A DNA stretch of 64,000 bases from the sequence record OQ689735.1. One strand, given 5' to 3'. Positions 50,838 through 62,179 of this stretch are shown here, in pieces. The notes below the pieces were generated by a model. It was not told where the DNA came from and made no database searches. It saw only the letters and a list, made by a program, of their open reading frames with translations. This DNA is from Escherichia phage 4E10. A program made the position numbers and the translations under genes. Positions within the stretch are counted from its first letter, which is position 1; every line of letters starts with the position of its first letter.

Positions 50838-53800
50838 ATGGCCGAGATTAAAAGAAAGTTCAGAGCAGAAGATGGTCTGGACGCAGGTGGTGATAAAATA
50901 ATCAACGTAGCTTTAGCTGATCGTGCCGTAGGAACTGACGGTGTTAACGTTGATTACTTAATTCAAGAAAACACAGTTCAACAATATGATCCAACTCGTG
51001 GATATTTAAAAGATTTTGTAATCATTTATGATAACCGCTTTTGGGCTGCTATAAATGATATTCCAAAGCCAGCAGGAGCTTTTAATAGCGTACGATGGAG
51101 AGCGTTACGTACTGATGCAAACTGGACAACCGTTTCATCAGGACCTTATCAATTAAAATCAGGTGAATCAATTTCAGTTGATACTGCAGCTGGTAATGAC
51201 ATTACATTTACTTTACCATCTACTCCAATTGACGGTGATACTATCGTTCTCCAAGATATTGGAGGAAAACCTGGAGTTAATCAAGTTTTAATTACAGCTC
51301 CGGTACAAAGCATTGTAAACTTTAGAGGTCAACAAGTACGCTCAGTACTAATGACTCATCCAAAATCACAGATAGTTTTAATTTTTAGTAATCGTCTGTG
51401 GCAAATGTATGTTGCTGATTATAGCAGAGAAGCGGCAGTTGTAACACCAGCAAGTCTTTATCAAGCGCAATCAAACGATTTTATCGTGCGTAGATTTACT
51501 TCTGCTTCAGCAATTAATATTAAACTTCCTAGATTTGCTAATCATGGGGATATTATTAATTTTGTTGATTTAGATAAATTAAATCCGTTATATCATACTA
51601 TCGTTACTACATACGATGAAACGACTTCAGTACAAGAAGTTGGAACTCATTCTATTGAAGGCCGTACATCTATTGATGGTTTCTTAATGTTTGATGATAA
51701 TGAGAAATTGTGGAGATTGTTTGACGGGGATAGTAAAGCACGTTTACGCATTATAACGACTAATTCTAATATTCGTCCAAATGAAGAAGTCATGGTATTT
51801 GGCGCGAATAATGGAACAACCCAAACAATTGAACTTCAGCTTCCAACTGATATTTCTATCGGTGATACTGTTAAGATTTCCATGAATTATATGAGAAAAG
51901 GACAAACAGTTAAAATCAAAGCTGCCGGTGAAGATAAAATTGCTTCTTCAGTTCAATTGCTGCAATTTCCAAAACGTTCAGAATACCCACCTGAAACTAA
52001 ATGGGTGACTGTTCAAGAATTAGTTTTTAATGGCGAAACCAATTATGTTCCAGTTTTACAGCTTGCTTATATCGAAGATTCCGATGGAAAATATTGGGTT
52101 GTACAGCAAAACGTTCCAACTGTAGAAAGAGTAGACTCTTTAAATAATTCTACTAGAGCAAGATTAGGCGTAATTGCTTTAGCTACACAGGCTCAAGCTA
52201 ATGCTGATCTAGAAAATTCTCCACAAAAAGAACTGGCAATTACTCCAGAAACGTTAGCTAATCGTACTGCTACAGAAACTCGTAGAGGTATTGCAAGAAT
52301 AGCAACAACTGCGCAAGTAAACCAGGATACCACATTCTCTTTTGCAGATGACCTTATCATCACTCCTAAAAAGTTGAATGAAAGAACTGCTACAGAAACT
52401 CGTAGGGGTGTCGCTGAAATTGCTACGCAGCAAGAAACAAACACAGGAACAGATGATACAACCATCATTACTCCTAAAAAGCTTCAAGCTCGTCAAGGTT
52501 CTGAATCATTATCTGGTATTGTAACTTTTGTATCTACTGCAGGTGCTACTCCGGCTTCTAGCCGTGAATTAAATGGTACAAATGTTTATAATAAAAACAC
52601 TAATAACTTAGTTGTTTCACCTAAAGCCTTGGATCAGTATAAAGCTACTCCAACGCAACAAGGTGCAGTAATTTTAGCAGTTGAAAGTGAAGTAATTGCT
52701 GGACAAAGTCAGGAAGGATGGGCAAATGCTGTTGTAACGCCAGAAACGTTACATAAAAAGACATCAACTGATGGAAGAATTGGTTTAATTGAAATTGCTA
52801 CGCAAAGTGAAGTTAATACAGGAACTGATTATACTCGTGCAGTCACTCCTAAAACTTTAAATGACCGTAGAGCAACTGAAAGTTTAAGTGGTATAGCTGA
52901 AATTGCTACACAAGTTGAATTCGACGCAGGCGTCGACGATACTCGTATCTCTACACCATTAAAAATTAAAACTAGATTTAATAGTACTGATCGTACTTCT
53001 GTTGTTGCTCTATCTGGATTAGTTGAATCAGGAACTCTCTGGGACCATTATACCCTTAATATTCTTGAAGCAAATGAGACACAACGTGGTACACTTCGTG
53101 TGGCTACACAAGTTGAAGCTGCTGCTGGAAAATTAGATAATGTTTTAATAACTCCTAAAAAGCTTTTAGGTACTAAATCTACTGAAGCACAAGAAGGTGT
53201 TATTAAAGTTGCAACACAAACCGAAACTGTTGCTGGAACATCGGCAAATACTGCTGTATCTCCAAAAAATTTAAAATGGATTGTGCAGAGTGAACCTACT
53301 TGGGCAGCTACTACTGCAGTAAGAGGCTTTGTTAAAACTTCATCTGGTTCAATTACATTCGTTGGTAATGATACAGCCGGTTCTACTCAGGACTTAGAGC
53401 TATACGAGAAAAATAGCTATGCAGTATCACCATACGAATTAAACCGTGTATTAGCAAATTATTTGCCATTAAAAGCAAAAGCTGCAGATAGTAATTTATT
53501 GGATGGTCTAGATTCATCTCAGTTCATTCGTAGGGATATTGCGCAGACGGTTAATGGTTCACTAACCTTAACTCAACAAACGAATCTGAGTGCCCCTCTT
53601 GTATCATCTAGTACTGCTACGTTCGGTGGATCAGTTTCAGCAAATAGTACATTAACTATTTCTAATACTGGAACAGCAACTCGATTGATTTTTGAGAAAG
53701 GACCTCAAACTGGAACAAACCCAGCCCAAACGATGACTGTTAGAGTGTGGGGAAATCAATTTAGTGGGGAATTAGATACAACACGTTCTACCGTATTTGA

Positions 53801-54707
53801 AGTTAGTGATGAAACATCTAGTCATTTTTATTCTCAGCGCAATAAAGCCGGAAATATAACATTTAATATCAACGGTACAGTAACACCGATAAATGTTAAT
53901 GCTTCAGGAACATTGAATGCAAATGGCGTAGCAACATTTGGTAATTCAGTCACTGCAACTGGTGAAATTATTTCTCGAAGCGCAAATGCTTTCCGTGCTA
54001 TTAGCGGAAATTACGGTTTCATTGTTCGCAATGATGGATCAGTAACGAATTTTATGCTTACTGCATCGGGTGATCAGACTGGTGGATTTAATGGATTACG
54101 CCCATTAGCTATTAATAATGCATCTGGCCAAGTAACGATTGGTGAAAGCTTAATCATTGCCAAAGGTGCTACTATAAATTCAGGTGGTTTGACTGTTAAC
54201 TCGAGAATTCGTTCTCAAGGTACTAAAACATCTGATTTATATACCCGCGCACCAACATCTGATACTGTAGGATTCTGGTCAATTGATATTAACGATTCAG
54301 CTACTTATAACCAGTTCCCAGGTTATTTTAAAATGGTTGAAAAAACTAATGAAGTGACTGGTCTTCCATATTTAGAACGTGGCGAAAAAGTTAAATCTCC
54401 TGGTACACTGACTCAGTTTGGTAACACACTTGATTCGCTTTACCAAGATTGGATTACTTATCCAACAACGCCAGAAGCGCGTACCACTCGCTGGACACGT
54501 ACATGGCAGAAAACCAAAAATTCTTGGTCAAGTTTTGTTCAGGTATTTGATGGAGGTAACCCTCCTCAACCGTCTGATATCGGTGCTTTACCATCTGATA
54601 ATGCTACAATGGGTAATCTTACTATTCGTGATTTCTTACGAATTGGTAATGTTCGCATTATTCCTGACCCAGTGAATAAAACTGTTAAATTTGAATGGGT
54701 TGAATAA
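50838..54707 (+). CDS. 34: long tail fibre proximal subunit gp34
   Basis: 1289-aa ORF, exactly the size of T4 gp34; internal repeated motifs. Confidence 0.95.
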   Translation: MAEIKRKFRAEDGLDAGGDKIINVALADRAVGTDGVNVDYLIQENTVQQYDPTRGYLKDFVIIYDNRFWAAINDIPKPAGAFNSVRWRALRTDANWTTVSSGPYQLKSGESISVDTAAGNDITFTLPSTPIDGDTIVLQDIGGKPGVNQVLITAPVQSIVNFRGQQVRSVLMTHPKSQIVLIFSNRLWQMYVADYSREAAVVTPASLYQAQSNDFIVRRFTSASAINIKLPRFANHGDIINFVDLDKLNPLYHTIVTTYDETTSVQEVGTHSIEGRTSIDGFLMFDDNEKLWRLFDGDSKARLRIITTNSNIRPNEEVMVFGANNGTTQTIELQLPTDISIGDTVKISMNYMRKGQTVKIKAAGEDKIASSVQLLQFPKRSEYPPETKWVTVQELVFNGETNYVPVLQLAYIEDSDGKYWVVQQNVPTVERVDSLNNSTRARLGVIALATQAQANADLENSPQKELAITPETLANRTATETRRGIARIATTAQVNQDTTFSFADDLIITPKKLNERTATETRRGVAEIATQQETNTGTDDTTIITPKKLQARQGSESLSGIVTFVSTAGATPASSRELNGTNVYNKNTNNLVVSPKALDQYKATPTQQGAVILAVESEVIAGQSQEGWANAVVTPETLHKKTSTDGRIGLIEIATQSEVNTGTDYTRAVTPKTLNDRRATESLSGIAEIATQVEFDAGVDDTRISTPLKIKTRFNSTDRTSVVALSGLVESGTLWDHYTLNILEANETQRGTLRVATQVEAAAGKLDNVLITPKKLLGTKSTEAQEGVIKVATQTETVAGTSANTAVSPKNLKWIVQSEPTWAATTAVRGFVKTSSGSITFVGNDTAGSTQDLELYEKNSYAVSPYELNRVLANYLPLKAKAADSNLLDGLDSSQFIRRDIAQTVNGSLTLTQQTNLSAPLVSSSTATFGGSVSANSTLTISNTGTATRLIFEKGPQTGTNPAQTMTVRVWGNQFSGELDTTRSTVFEVSDETSSHFYSQRNKAGNITFNINGTVTPINVNASGTLNANGVATFGNSVTATGEIISRSANAFRAISGNYGFIVRNDGSVTNFMLTASGDQTGGFNGLRPLAINNASGQVTIGESLIIAKGATINSGGLTVNSRIRSQGTKTSDLYTRAPTSDTVGFWSIDINDSATYNQFPGYFKMVEKTNEVTGLPYLERGEKVKSPGTLTQFGNTLDSLYQDWITYPTTPEARTTRWTRTWQKTKNSWSSFVQVFDGGNPPQPSDIGALPSDNATMGNLTIRDFLRIGNVRIIPDPVNKTVKFEWVE
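52160..53280 (+). repeat. imperfect tandem peptide repeats within gene 34 (about 7 copies of a roughly 24-aa unit)
   Basis: Repeated motif xTPKxLxxRxATExxxGxxxIATQ seen in translation (e.g. ITPKKLNERTATETRRGVAEIATQ, VTPKTLNDRRATESLSGIAEIATQ). Confidence 0.55.
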
Positions 54708-54715
54708 GAGGTATT

Positions 54716-55831
54716 ATGGAAAAATTTATGGCAGAGTTTGGACAAGGATATGTCCAAACGCCATTTTTATCGGAAAGCAATTCAGTAAGATATAAAATAA
54801 GTATAGCGGGTTCTTGCCCGCTTTCTACCGCAGGACCATACGTTAAATTTCAAGATAATCCTGTAGGAAGTCAAACATTTAGTGCAGGTCTTCATTTAAG
54901 AGTTTTTGATCCTTCTACAGGAGCATTAGTTGATAGTAAGTCATATGCTTTTTCTACTTCAAATGATACTACATCAGCTGCTTTTGTTAGTTTCATGAAT
55001 TCTTTGACAAATAATAGAATTGTTGCTATATTAACTAGCGGAAAGGTTAATTTTCCTCCTGAAGTAGTATCTTGGTTAAGAACCGCCGGAACGTCTGCTT
55101 TTCCATCTGACTCTATATTGTCAAGATTTGATGTATCATATGCTGCTTTTTATACTTCTTCTAAAAGAGCTATTGCATTAGAGCATGTTAAATTAAGTAA
55201 TAGAAAAAGCACAGATGATTATCAAACTATTTTAGATGTTGTATTTGACAGTTTAGAAGACGTTGGAGCTACCGGGTTTCCAAGAAGAACATATGAAAGC
55301 GTTGAGCAGTTTATGTCAGCGGTTGGTGGAACTAATAACGAAATTGCACGTCTACCAACTTCATCCGCGATAAGTAAACTTTCTGACTACAATTTAATTC
55401 CTGGCGATGTTCTTTATCTTAAAGCCCAGTTATATGCTGATGCCGATTTACTTGCTCTTGGAACTACGAATATATCCATTCGATTTTATAATGAATCGGA
55501 TGGATATATTTCTTCAACACAGGCTGAATTTACCGGGCAAGCTGGATCTTGGGAATTAAAGGAAGATTATGTAGTTGTTCCAGAAAACGCTGTAGGATTT
55601 ACGATATATGCACAAAGAACTGCACAAGCTGGTCAAGGCGGCATGAGAAATTTAAGCTTTTCTGAAGTATCAAGAAACGGCGGCATTTCAAAACCTGCTG
55701 AATTTGGCGTCAACGGTATTCGCGTTAATTATGTCTGTGAATCCGCTTCGCCTCCAGATATAATGGTACTTCCTACACAAGCATCGTCTAAAACTGGTAA
55801 AGTGTTTGGACAAGAATTTAGAGAAGTTTAA
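54716..55831 (+). CDS. 35: long tail fibre hinge connector gp35
   Basis: 371-aa ORF, size and position of T4 gp35. Confidence 0.9.
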   Translation: MEKFMAEFGQGYVQTPFLSESNSVRYKISIAGSCPLSTAGPYVKFQDNPVGSQTFSAGLHLRVFDPSTGALVDSKSYAFSTSNDTTSAAFVSFMNSLTNNRIVAILTSGKVNFPPEVVSWLRTAGTSAFPSDSILSRFDVSYAAFYTSSKRAIALEHVKLSNRKSTDDYQTILDVVFDSLEDVGATGFPRRTYESVEQFMSAVGGTNNEIARLPTSSAISKLSDYNLIPGDVLYLKAQLYADADLLALGTTNISIRFYNESDGYISSTQAEFTGQAGSWELKEDYVVVPENAVGFTIYAQRTAQAGQGGMRNLSFSEVSRNGGISKPAEFGVNGIRVNYVCESASPPDIMVLPTQASSKTGKVFGQEFREV

Positions 55832-55836
55832 ATTGA

Positions 55837-55854
55837 GGGAGCCTTCGGGTTCCC
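55837..55854 (+). terminator. UUCG-tetraloop hairpin (GGGAGCC-UUCG-GGUUCCC) plus U-run downstream of gene 35
   Basis: gggagccttcgggttccc followed by ttttt, 6 nt after gene 35 stop. Confidence 0.6.
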
Positions 55855-55862
55855 TTTTTCTT

Positions 55863-55870
55863 TATAAATA
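55863..55870 (+). promoter_or_regulatory. T4 late promoter motif TATAAATA upstream of gene 36
   Basis: Exact TATAAATA 24 nt upstream of gene 36 ATG. Confidence 0.5.
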
Positions 55871-55893
55871 CTATTAAAATAAAGGGGCATACA

Positions 55894-56550
55894 ATGGCTG
55901 ATTTAAAAGTAGGTTCAACAACCGGAGGCTCTGTCATTTGGCATCAAGGAAATTTTCCATTGAATCCAGCCGGTGACGATGTACTCTATAAATCATTTAA
56001 AATATATTCAGAATACAATAAACCACAAGCTGCAGATAACGATTTCGTTTCTAAAGCTAATGGTGGTACTTATTTAAATAAAGTAATTTTTAATAAAGGA
56101 ATGACTGTTCCTGGCGCAGGGTCAGGTGATAATGGTATTTTTGCTGGTCCTGGTGATAGTGCCACGTATGATACTACAAATATGGATATTGTTTCGTGGT
56201 ATGGTATTGGTTTTAAATCATCACAAGGAACAGCAGGTAGAACTGTAGTAATTAACACGCGAAATGGAGATATTAGCTCAAAGGGTGTAATTGAAGCATC
56301 ACAAATCCGTGTAACTTCGTTATCACCAGTAAATAATTATGACCTTACGCGGAAAGATTATGTTGATGGAGCAATAAATATTGTTACAGCAAACGCAAAC
56401 TCTAGGGTATTACGCTCTGGAGACACTATGACAGGAAATTTAACTGCGCCAAACCTTTTTTCACAGAATCCTGCATCTCAACCCTCACATGTTCCACGAT
56501 TTGATCAAATTGTTATTAAGGATTCTGTTCAAGATTTCGGCTATTATTAA
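55894..56550 (+). CDS. 36: long tail fibre distal subunit connector gp36
   Basis: 218-aa ORF, size and position of T4 gp36. Confidence 0.9.
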   Translation: MADLKVGSTTGGSVIWHQGNFPLNPAGDDVLYKSFKIYSEYNKPQAADNDFVSKANGGTYLNKVIFNKGMTVPGAGSGDNGIFAGPGDSATYDTTNMDIVSWYGIGFKSSQGTAGRTVVINTRNGDISSKGVIEASQIRVTSLSPVNNYDLTRKDYVDGAINIVTANANSRVLRSGDTMTGNLTAPNLFSQNPASQPSHVPRFDQIVIKDSVQDFGYY

Positions 56551-56558
56551 GAGGACTT

Positions 56559-59500
56559 ATGGCTACTTTAAAACAAATACAATTTAAAAGAAGCAAAACT
56601 GCAGGAGCACGTCCTGCCGCTTCAGTATTAGCCGAAGGTGAATTGGCTATAAACTTAAAAGACCGTGTACTTTTTACTAAAGATGACCAAGGAAATATTA
56701 TTGATCTGGGTTTTGCTAAAGGCGGTAGTATTGACGGGAATGTTATTCATACAGGCAATTATAACCAAACTGGCGATTATACTTTAAATGGTGTCTTCAC
56801 TCAGACTGGTAATTTTAATTTAACTGGTATTGCTCGAGTAACTCGCGATATTATTGCCGCTGGGCAGATTATGACTGAAGGCGGAGAACTTATTACAAAA
56901 AGTTCAGGTACAGCGCATGTTCGTTTTTTCGATAACAATAGTCGCGAACGCGGAATCATTTATGCCCCGGCTAATGATGGTTTAACTACACAAGTACTTA
57001 ATATCAGGGTTCAAGACTACGCTGCTGGTAGCGAAAGCACTTATGCATTTTCAGGCAGTGGACTATTTACTTCACCTGAAGTATCAGCATGGAAATCTAT
57101 TTCGTCTCCACAAATTCTAACCAACAAAGTCATTACTAATAATAAATCTACGGGTGATTATGACATCTATTCGATGGCAGACAATGTTCCATGGTCTGAA
57201 AGCACTACTGCTATTAATCATCTTCGTGTCATGCGTAATGCCGTTGGTTCTTATATTTTCCATGAAGTTAAAGATAATGATGGAATAACTTGGTATGCAG
57301 GTGATGGACTTGACACCTATCTTTGGTCATTTACTTGGAGCGGCGGAATTAAATCGAGTCACTCAATTTCTATTGGTTTAACACCTGGTAATAAAGATTA
57401 TTCAATATTAGGACCATCTAGTATTGCTTTAGGAGATAATGATACTGGATTTAAATGGCATCAAGATGGATATTATTTTAGCGTTAATAATGGAACAAAA
57501 ACGTTTTTATTTAGTCCTAGCGAAACAACTAGCCTAAGAAAATTTGTAGCTGGATATTCTACTAACGGAACCGATTTAACTACTCCTCCAACTGAAAACT
57601 ATGCATTAGCCACTGTTGTTACTTACCATGATAATAACGCATACGGCGACGGTCAAACTCTTTTAGGATATTATCAAGGCGGTAACTATCATCATTATTT
57701 CCGCGGTAAAGGTACTACAAACATTAATACTCACGGCGGTTTGTTAGTTACTCCTGGTAATATTGACGTTATTGGTGGTTCTGTTAATATCGATGGTAGA
57801 AATAATAATTCAACTTTAATGTTTAAAGGCTATACCATGGGTCAAAGCTCCGTTGATAACATGTATATAGCTGTTTGGGGAAATACTTTTACTAATCCAA
57901 GTGAAGGCACCCGTAAAAATGTCATGGAAATTTCTGATGATATTGGATGGATGCATTATATTCAACGAACAACTGCAGGTAAAGTCGAATCGGTTCTAAA
58001 CGGCACCCAGATTGTTAATGAAAACTTGACCGTAGTAAAAAATGCTACATTTGATGGTACAATCAGCGCAGCAGGTGAAATTTCATCTGGGGCTGTGAAT
58101 GCGCTTCGTATTTGGAACGCAGATTATGGAGCTATTTTTAGACGTTCAGAAGGCAGTCTTCATATTATTCCAACTGCTTACGGTGAAGGTAAATATGGCG
58201 ATATCGGTCCACTTCGCCCGTTTAGTATGGCTTTAGATACCGGTAAAGTTACTATTCCAGATTTACAATCAAGTTACAATACGTTTGCTGCTAACGGTTA
58301 TATTAAATTTGTTGGTCATGGAGCGGGTGCCGGCGGTTATGACATTCAATATGCTCAAGCGGCTCCTATTTTCCAGGAAATTGATGATGATGCTGTAAGC
58401 AAATATTATCCTATTGTTAAACAGAAGTTTTTAAATGGTAAAGCTGTTTGGTCTTTAGGTACTGAAATTAGTTCAGGTACATTCGTTATTCATCATCTGA
58501 AAGAAGATGGTTCACAAGGCCATACGTCTCGTTTTAATCAAGACGGTACTGTTAACTTCCCAGATAACGTTTCTGTCGGCGGCGGCGAAGCTACTATTGC
58601 TCGCAATGGTAATATCTGGTCTGATATCTGGAAAACGTTTACTTCAGCAGGCGACGTAACTAATATTCGCGATGCAATAGCTACTCGTGTTGCTAAAGAA
58701 GGTGATACGATGACCGGTAGGTTGACTTTATCTGCTGGAAATGATGCCCTTGTTTTAACTGCAGGCACGGGCGCTTCATCGCACATCCGTAGTGATGTAG
58801 GTGGTACAAATAATTGGTATATAGGCAAAGGCGGCGGCGACAATGGTCTAGGTTTTTACAGTTACATTACACAAGGCGGTGTATACATAACAAATAACGG
58901 CGAAATAGCGCTTTCTCCTCAAGGACAAGGAACGTTTAATTTTAATAGAGACCGCCTTCATATAAACGGTACACAATGGACCGCACACCAGGCTGGCGAT
59001 TGGGGAAATCAATGGCGCCAGGAAGCTCCTGTATTTGTGGATTTTGGTAATGTCGGTAATGATAGTTATTATCCTATTATTAAAGGAAAATCTGGTATTA
59101 CTAATGAAGGGTATATATCTGGTGTAGATTTTGGTATGCGACGCATTCCTAATAACTGGGCACAAGGTATTATTCGTGTAGGTAATCAGGAAAACGGTTC
59201 CGACCCACAAGCTATCTTCGAATTCCACCATAATGGAAACATGTACGTTCCTGACATGGTTAAAGCTGGAGTAAGAATATCAGCTGGTGGAGGTGACCCT
59301 GCATGGACAGGCGCATGTGTTGTTATTGGTGATAATGACACCGGATTAGTTCATGGTGGTGACGGCCGAATCAATATGGTTGCCAATGGTATACATATTG
59401 CAAACTGGGGAGCAGGCTATCAATCTCATCCTGGGCTTTGGGATTCAACCGGTGCTTTTTGGACAGAAGTTGGAAGAGCTATCGTTTCTCATGGGCATCT

Positions 59501-59888
59501 CGTTCAGGCAAATGATAGTTATTCAACGTTTGTCCGTGATGTTTATGTCCGTTCTGATATTCGTGTTAAAAAAGACCTCGTTAAATTTGAAAATGCTTCT
59601 CAGAAGCTTTCTAAAATTAACGGTTACACTTATATGCAGAAACGTGGAACGGACGAAGAAGGCAATCAGAAATGGGAACCTAACGCCGGTTTAATTGCTC
59701 AAGAAGTTCAAGCTATTTTACCAGAATTAGTTGAAGGCGACCCGGATGGTGAAGCTTTACTTCGTTTGAACTATAACGGTGTAATTGGTTTAAATACAGC
59801 TGCAATCAATGAGCATACTGCAGAAATTGCGGAACTTAAATCAGAAATTGAAGAACTTAAAGCATTAGTTAAATCATTGTTAAAATAA
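56559..59888 (+). CDS. 37: long tail fibre distal subunit gp37 with C-terminal intramolecular chaperone-like domain
   Basis: 1109-aa ORF after gene 36; last about 111 aa ([30 protein letters not shown]...[14 protein letters not shown]) resemble the autoproteolytic chaperone domain found at C-termini of phage tail fibres/spikes. Confidence 0.9.
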   Translation: MATLKQIQFKRSKTAGARPAASVLAEGELAINLKDRVLFTKDDQGNIIDLGFAKGGSIDGNVIHTGNYNQTGDYTLNGVFTQTGNFNLTGIARVTRDIIAAGQIMTEGGELITKSSGTAHVRFFDNNSRERGIIYAPANDGLTTQVLNIRVQDYAAGSESTYAFSGSGLFTSPEVSAWKSISSPQILTNKVITNNKSTGDYDIYSMADNVPWSESTTAINHLRVMRNAVGSYIFHEVKDNDGITWYAGDGLDTYLWSFTWSGGIKSSHSISIGLTPGNKDYSILGPSSIALGDNDTGFKWHQDGYYFSVNNGTKTFLFSPSETTSLRKFVAGYSTNGTDLTTPPTENYALATVVTYHDNNAYGDGQTLLGYYQGGNYHHYFRGKGTTNINTHGGLLVTPGNIDVIGGSVNIDGRNNNSTLMFKGYTMGQSSVDNMYIAVWGNTFTNPSEGTRKNVMEISDDIGWMHYIQRTTAGKVESVLNGTQIVNENLTVVKNATFDGTISAAGEISSGAVNALRIWNADYGAIFRRSEGSLHIIPTAYGEGKYGDIGPLRPFSMALDTGKVTIPDLQSSYNTFAANGYIKFVGHGAGAGGYDIQYAQAAPIFQEIDDDAVSKYYPIVKQKFLNGKAVWSLGTEISSGTFVIHHLKEDGSQGHTSRFNQDGTVNFPDNVSVGGGEATIARNGNIWSDIWKTFTSAGDVTNIRDAIATRVAKEGDTMTGRLTLSAGNDALVLTAGTGASSHIRSDVGGTNNWYIGKGGGDNGLGFYSYITQGGVYITNNGEIALSPQGQGTFNFNRDRLHINGTQWTAHQAGDWGNQWRQEAPVFVDFGNVGNDSYYPIIKGKSGITNEGYISGVDFGMRRIPNNWAQGIIRVGNQENGSDPQAIFEFHHNGNMYVPDMVKAGVRISAGGGDPAWTGACVVIGDNDTGLVHGGDGRINMVANGIHIANWGAGYQSHPGLWDSTGAFWTEVGRAIVSHGHLVQANDSYSTFVRDVYVRSDIRVKKDLVKFENASQKLSKINGYTYMQKRGTDEEGNQKWEPNAGLIAQEVQAILPELVEGDPDGEALLRLNYNGVIGLNTAAINEHTAEIAELKSEIEELKALVKSLLK

Positions 59889-59893
59889 TAAGA

Positions 59894-59907
59894 GGGGCTT
59901 CGGCCCC
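59894..59907 (+). terminator. UUCG-tetraloop hairpin GGGGC-UUCG-GCCCC downstream of gene 37
   Basis: ggggcttcggcccc 6 nt after gene 37 stop. Confidence 0.5.
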
Positions 59908-59919
59908 TTGGAGGTTTAT

Positions 59920-60696
59920 ATGGCAGTAACAGGACCGTGGGTAGGATCGTCTGCAGTAGTTAATACAGGACAAAATTGGATGGGTGGTGCCGCGCAGAGA
60001 TTGAGAATGGGAATTCCGTTTTGGATGAGTAATATGATAGGTAGATCTGTTGAAATAATTCACACGCTTGGAGCAGACCATAACTTCAATGGTCAATGGT
60101 TCCGAGATAGATGTTTTGAGGCAGGTAGTGCACCTATAGTGTTTAATATCACTGGAGATTTAGTATCATATTCTAAAGATGTTCCTTTATTCTTCATGTA
60201 TGGAGATACACCGAATGAATATGTTCAGTTGAATATACACGGCGTAACGATGTATGGACGTGGCGGTAATGGCGGTAGCAATAGTCCTGGTTCAGCTGGA
60301 GGTCATTGTATTCAAAACGATATTGGTGGGAGACTAAGAATTAATAATGGTGGAGCTATTGCTGGAGGTGGCGGCGGTGGCGGCGGCGGATATTATTCTC
60401 CTTTTTCACAAATGAGATTGACTTTTGGAGGTGGCGGCGGGCGTCCGTTTGGCGCACCGGGCGGATCTATTGATATGCAATCAGGAGCAACTGCTGGTAC
60501 TATTTCTGCGCCTGGCGCAGGGTCTGTGAACGGTATCTATAGCGGCGGTGGCGGTGGCGAAGTTGGCTCCGCAGGAGGTAGATGTAATATTCGTGGTCAA
60601 GGATATGAATACGATGGCGGAGCTGCTGGTTATGCCGTCATAGGGTCTACACCGACATGGCAAAACGTTGGAGCAATATATGGTCCAAGAGTATAA
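59920..60696 (+). CDS. 38: T2-type receptor-recognising adhesin gp38 with glycine-rich motifs
   Basis: 258-aa product from ATG at 59920 with GGAGG SD; multiple poly-Gly blocks ([27 protein letters not shown]) separated by short variable segments, typical of T2/T6-type gp38. Confidence 0.82.
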   Translation: MAVTGPWVGSSAVVNTGQNWMGGAAQRLRMGIPFWMSNMIGRSVEIIHTLGADHNFNGQWFRDRCFEAGSAPIVFNITGDLVSYSKDVPLFFMYGDTPNEYVQLNIHGVTMYGRGGNGGSNSPGSAGGHCIQNDIGGRLRINNGGAIAGGGGGGGGGYYSPFSQMRLTFGGGGGRPFGAPGGSIDMQSGATAGTISAPGAGSVNGIYSGGGGGEVGSAGGRCNIRGQGYEYDGGAAGYAVIGSTPTWQNVGAIYGPRV

Positions 60697-60726
60697 TTTG
60701 AATAAATATCCTTAAAAGGAGGGTCT

Positions 60727-61383
60727 ATGGCAGCACCTAGAATATCATTTTCGCCCTCTGATATTCTGTTGGGTGTTCTAGATCGCTTGTTCAAAGATAA
60801 CGCTACCGGGAAAGTTCTTGCTTCCCGGGTAGCTGTCGTAATTCTTTTATTTATGATGGCGATTGTTTGGTATAGGGGAGATAGTTTCTTTGAGTACTAT
60901 AAGCAATCAAAGTATGAAACATACAGTGAAATTATTGAAAAGGAAAGAAATGCACGCTTTGAATCTGTCGCCCTGGAACAACTCCAGATAGTTCATATAT
61001 CATCTGAGGCAGACTTTAGTGCGGTGTATTCTTTCCGCCCTAAAAACTTAAACTATTTTGTTGATATTATAGCATACGAAGGAAAATTACCTTCAACAAT
61101 AAGTGAAAAATCACTTGGAGGATATCCTGTTGATAAAACTATGGATGAATATACAGTTCATTTAAATGGACGTCATTATTATTCCAATTCAAAATTTGCT
61201 TTTTTACCAACTAAAAAGCCTACTCCCGAAATAAACTACATGTACAGTTGTCCATATTTCAATTTGGATAATATCTATGCTGGAACAATAACCATGTACT
61301 GGTATAGAAATGATCATATAAGTAATGACCGCCTTGAATCAATATGTGCTCAGGCGGCCAGAATATTAGGAAGGGCTAAATAA
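60727..61383 (+). CDS. t: holin T (lysis inhibition-sensitive holin)
   Basis: 218-aa ORF; MAAPRISFSPSDILLGVLDRLFKDNATGKVLASRVAVVILLFMMAIVWYRGDSFFEYYK... matches T4 holin from memory; single N-terminal TM helix. Confidence 0.94.
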   Translation: MAAPRISFSPSDILLGVLDRLFKDNATGKVLASRVAVVILLFMMAIVWYRGDSFFEYYKQSKYETYSEIIEKERNARFESVALEQLQIVHISSEADFSAVYSFRPKNLNYFVDIIAYEGKLPSTISEKSLGGYPVDKTMDEYTVHLNGRHYYSNSKFAFLPTKKPTPEINYMYSCPYFNLDNIYAGTITMYWYRNDHISNDRLESICAQAARILGRAK

Positions 61384-61656
61384 TTATTTGTTCGTATACA
61401 TCTCTAGATATCGATATACACCCTCAAAACCCTCGTTGAATTCGTCGATGAGGGTTTTCTTATCTTCTTGAGTTAATTCAGAAACAATTTTACGGAATGA
61501 ATTCTGATTTAATTTTCTACCTTCATGCGTTACTCCAATCTCATTTAGAAATGCAATAAAATTAGCACGATTTTCAACAATATCTTCTCTGGAAAATTTA
61601 ATCAAAATAGACGCAACAGTAATAATTTCACGAACTGTATCAATGTTTTTATTCAT
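61384..61656 (-). CDS. asiA: anti-sigma70 factor AsiA
   Basis: 90-aa ORF; MNKNIDTVREIITVASILIKFSREDIVENRANFIAFLNEIGVTHEGRKLNQNSFRKIV... matches T4 AsiA from memory. Confidence 0.94.
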   Translation of the reverse strand: MNKNIDTVREIITVASILIKFSREDIVENRANFIAFLNEIGVTHEGRKLNQNSFRKIVSELTQEDKKTLIDEFNEGFEGVYRYLEMYTNK

Positions 61657-61668
61657 TAACTATACCAC

Positions 61669-61821
61669 TCAATTAGTTGACTTTACTATAATATCATCAG
61701 ACGTTTGATTTGTAAACTGGTCTGTGGTATTTTCTTCAAAAATTTTTTCTACGAATTCCTTGAACGACTTACGTTCCTGAGCTACATTATGCTCGATTAC
61801 TTTTTCAAGATTATGACTCAT
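61669..61821 (-). CDS. small hypothetical protein (50 aa), not in ORF track
   Basis: Manual translation MSHNLEKVIEHNVAQERKSFKEFVEKIFEENTTDQFTNQTSDDIIVKSTN; ATG overlaps arn stop region; fills gap between asiA and arn. Confidence 0.4.
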   Translation of the reverse strand: MSHNLEKVIEHNVAQERKSFKEFVEKIFEENTTDQFTNQTSDDIIVKSTN

Positions 61822-62096
61822 TCGAAATAATCTTCAATTTCATAATCATGGACATAAATCATTATAGTTTTTAATACATCATCAATACTTTTTCCCGGAG
61901 CTGGAATTACGTAAAAATATCCTGCTTTTGAGAGGTCTTTATAAGTTCCAACCAAGAAATCATTATTCTCGAGATGTAGTTCTTCAACTAATTCATTAAC
62001 AATTGAGTGGTATAAATTTGGTAGAAACTTATATAGCTTTTCTAGAATATCAATTTTGATTGTGTATTGAACCACAGACTGAGAATCAATAATCAT
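61818..62096 (-). CDS. arn: Arn anti-restriction protein (DNA-mimic inhibitor of McrBC)
   Basis: 92-aa ORF; MIIDSQSVVQYTIKIDILEKLYKFLPNLYHSIVNELVEELHLENNDFLVGTYKDL... matches T4 Arn from memory. Confidence 0.9.
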   Translation of the reverse strand: MIIDSQSVVQYTIKIDILEKLYKFLPNLYHSIVNELVEELHLENNDFLVGTYKDLSKAGYFYVIPAPGKSIDDVLKTIMIYVHDYEIEDYFE

Positions 62097-62179
62097 AGAC
62101 CTTCCCCTTATGTTTCTGTTTGCGATTAGATTCTTTAAACGCTTTCTTCTTATCTTTATGAACAGAAGCTTTATTAAAA

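Noticed and set aside
52193-52496. Antisense ORFs within gene 34
   Set aside because: Arise from the repetitive coding region of gene 34; no independent support
58538-59694. ORFs 58538-58843, 58848-59231 (-) and 59353-59694 (+, other frame) inside gene 37
   Set aside because: Embedded in the tail fibre gene; no start signals; gene 37 reading frame is continuous and strongly supported
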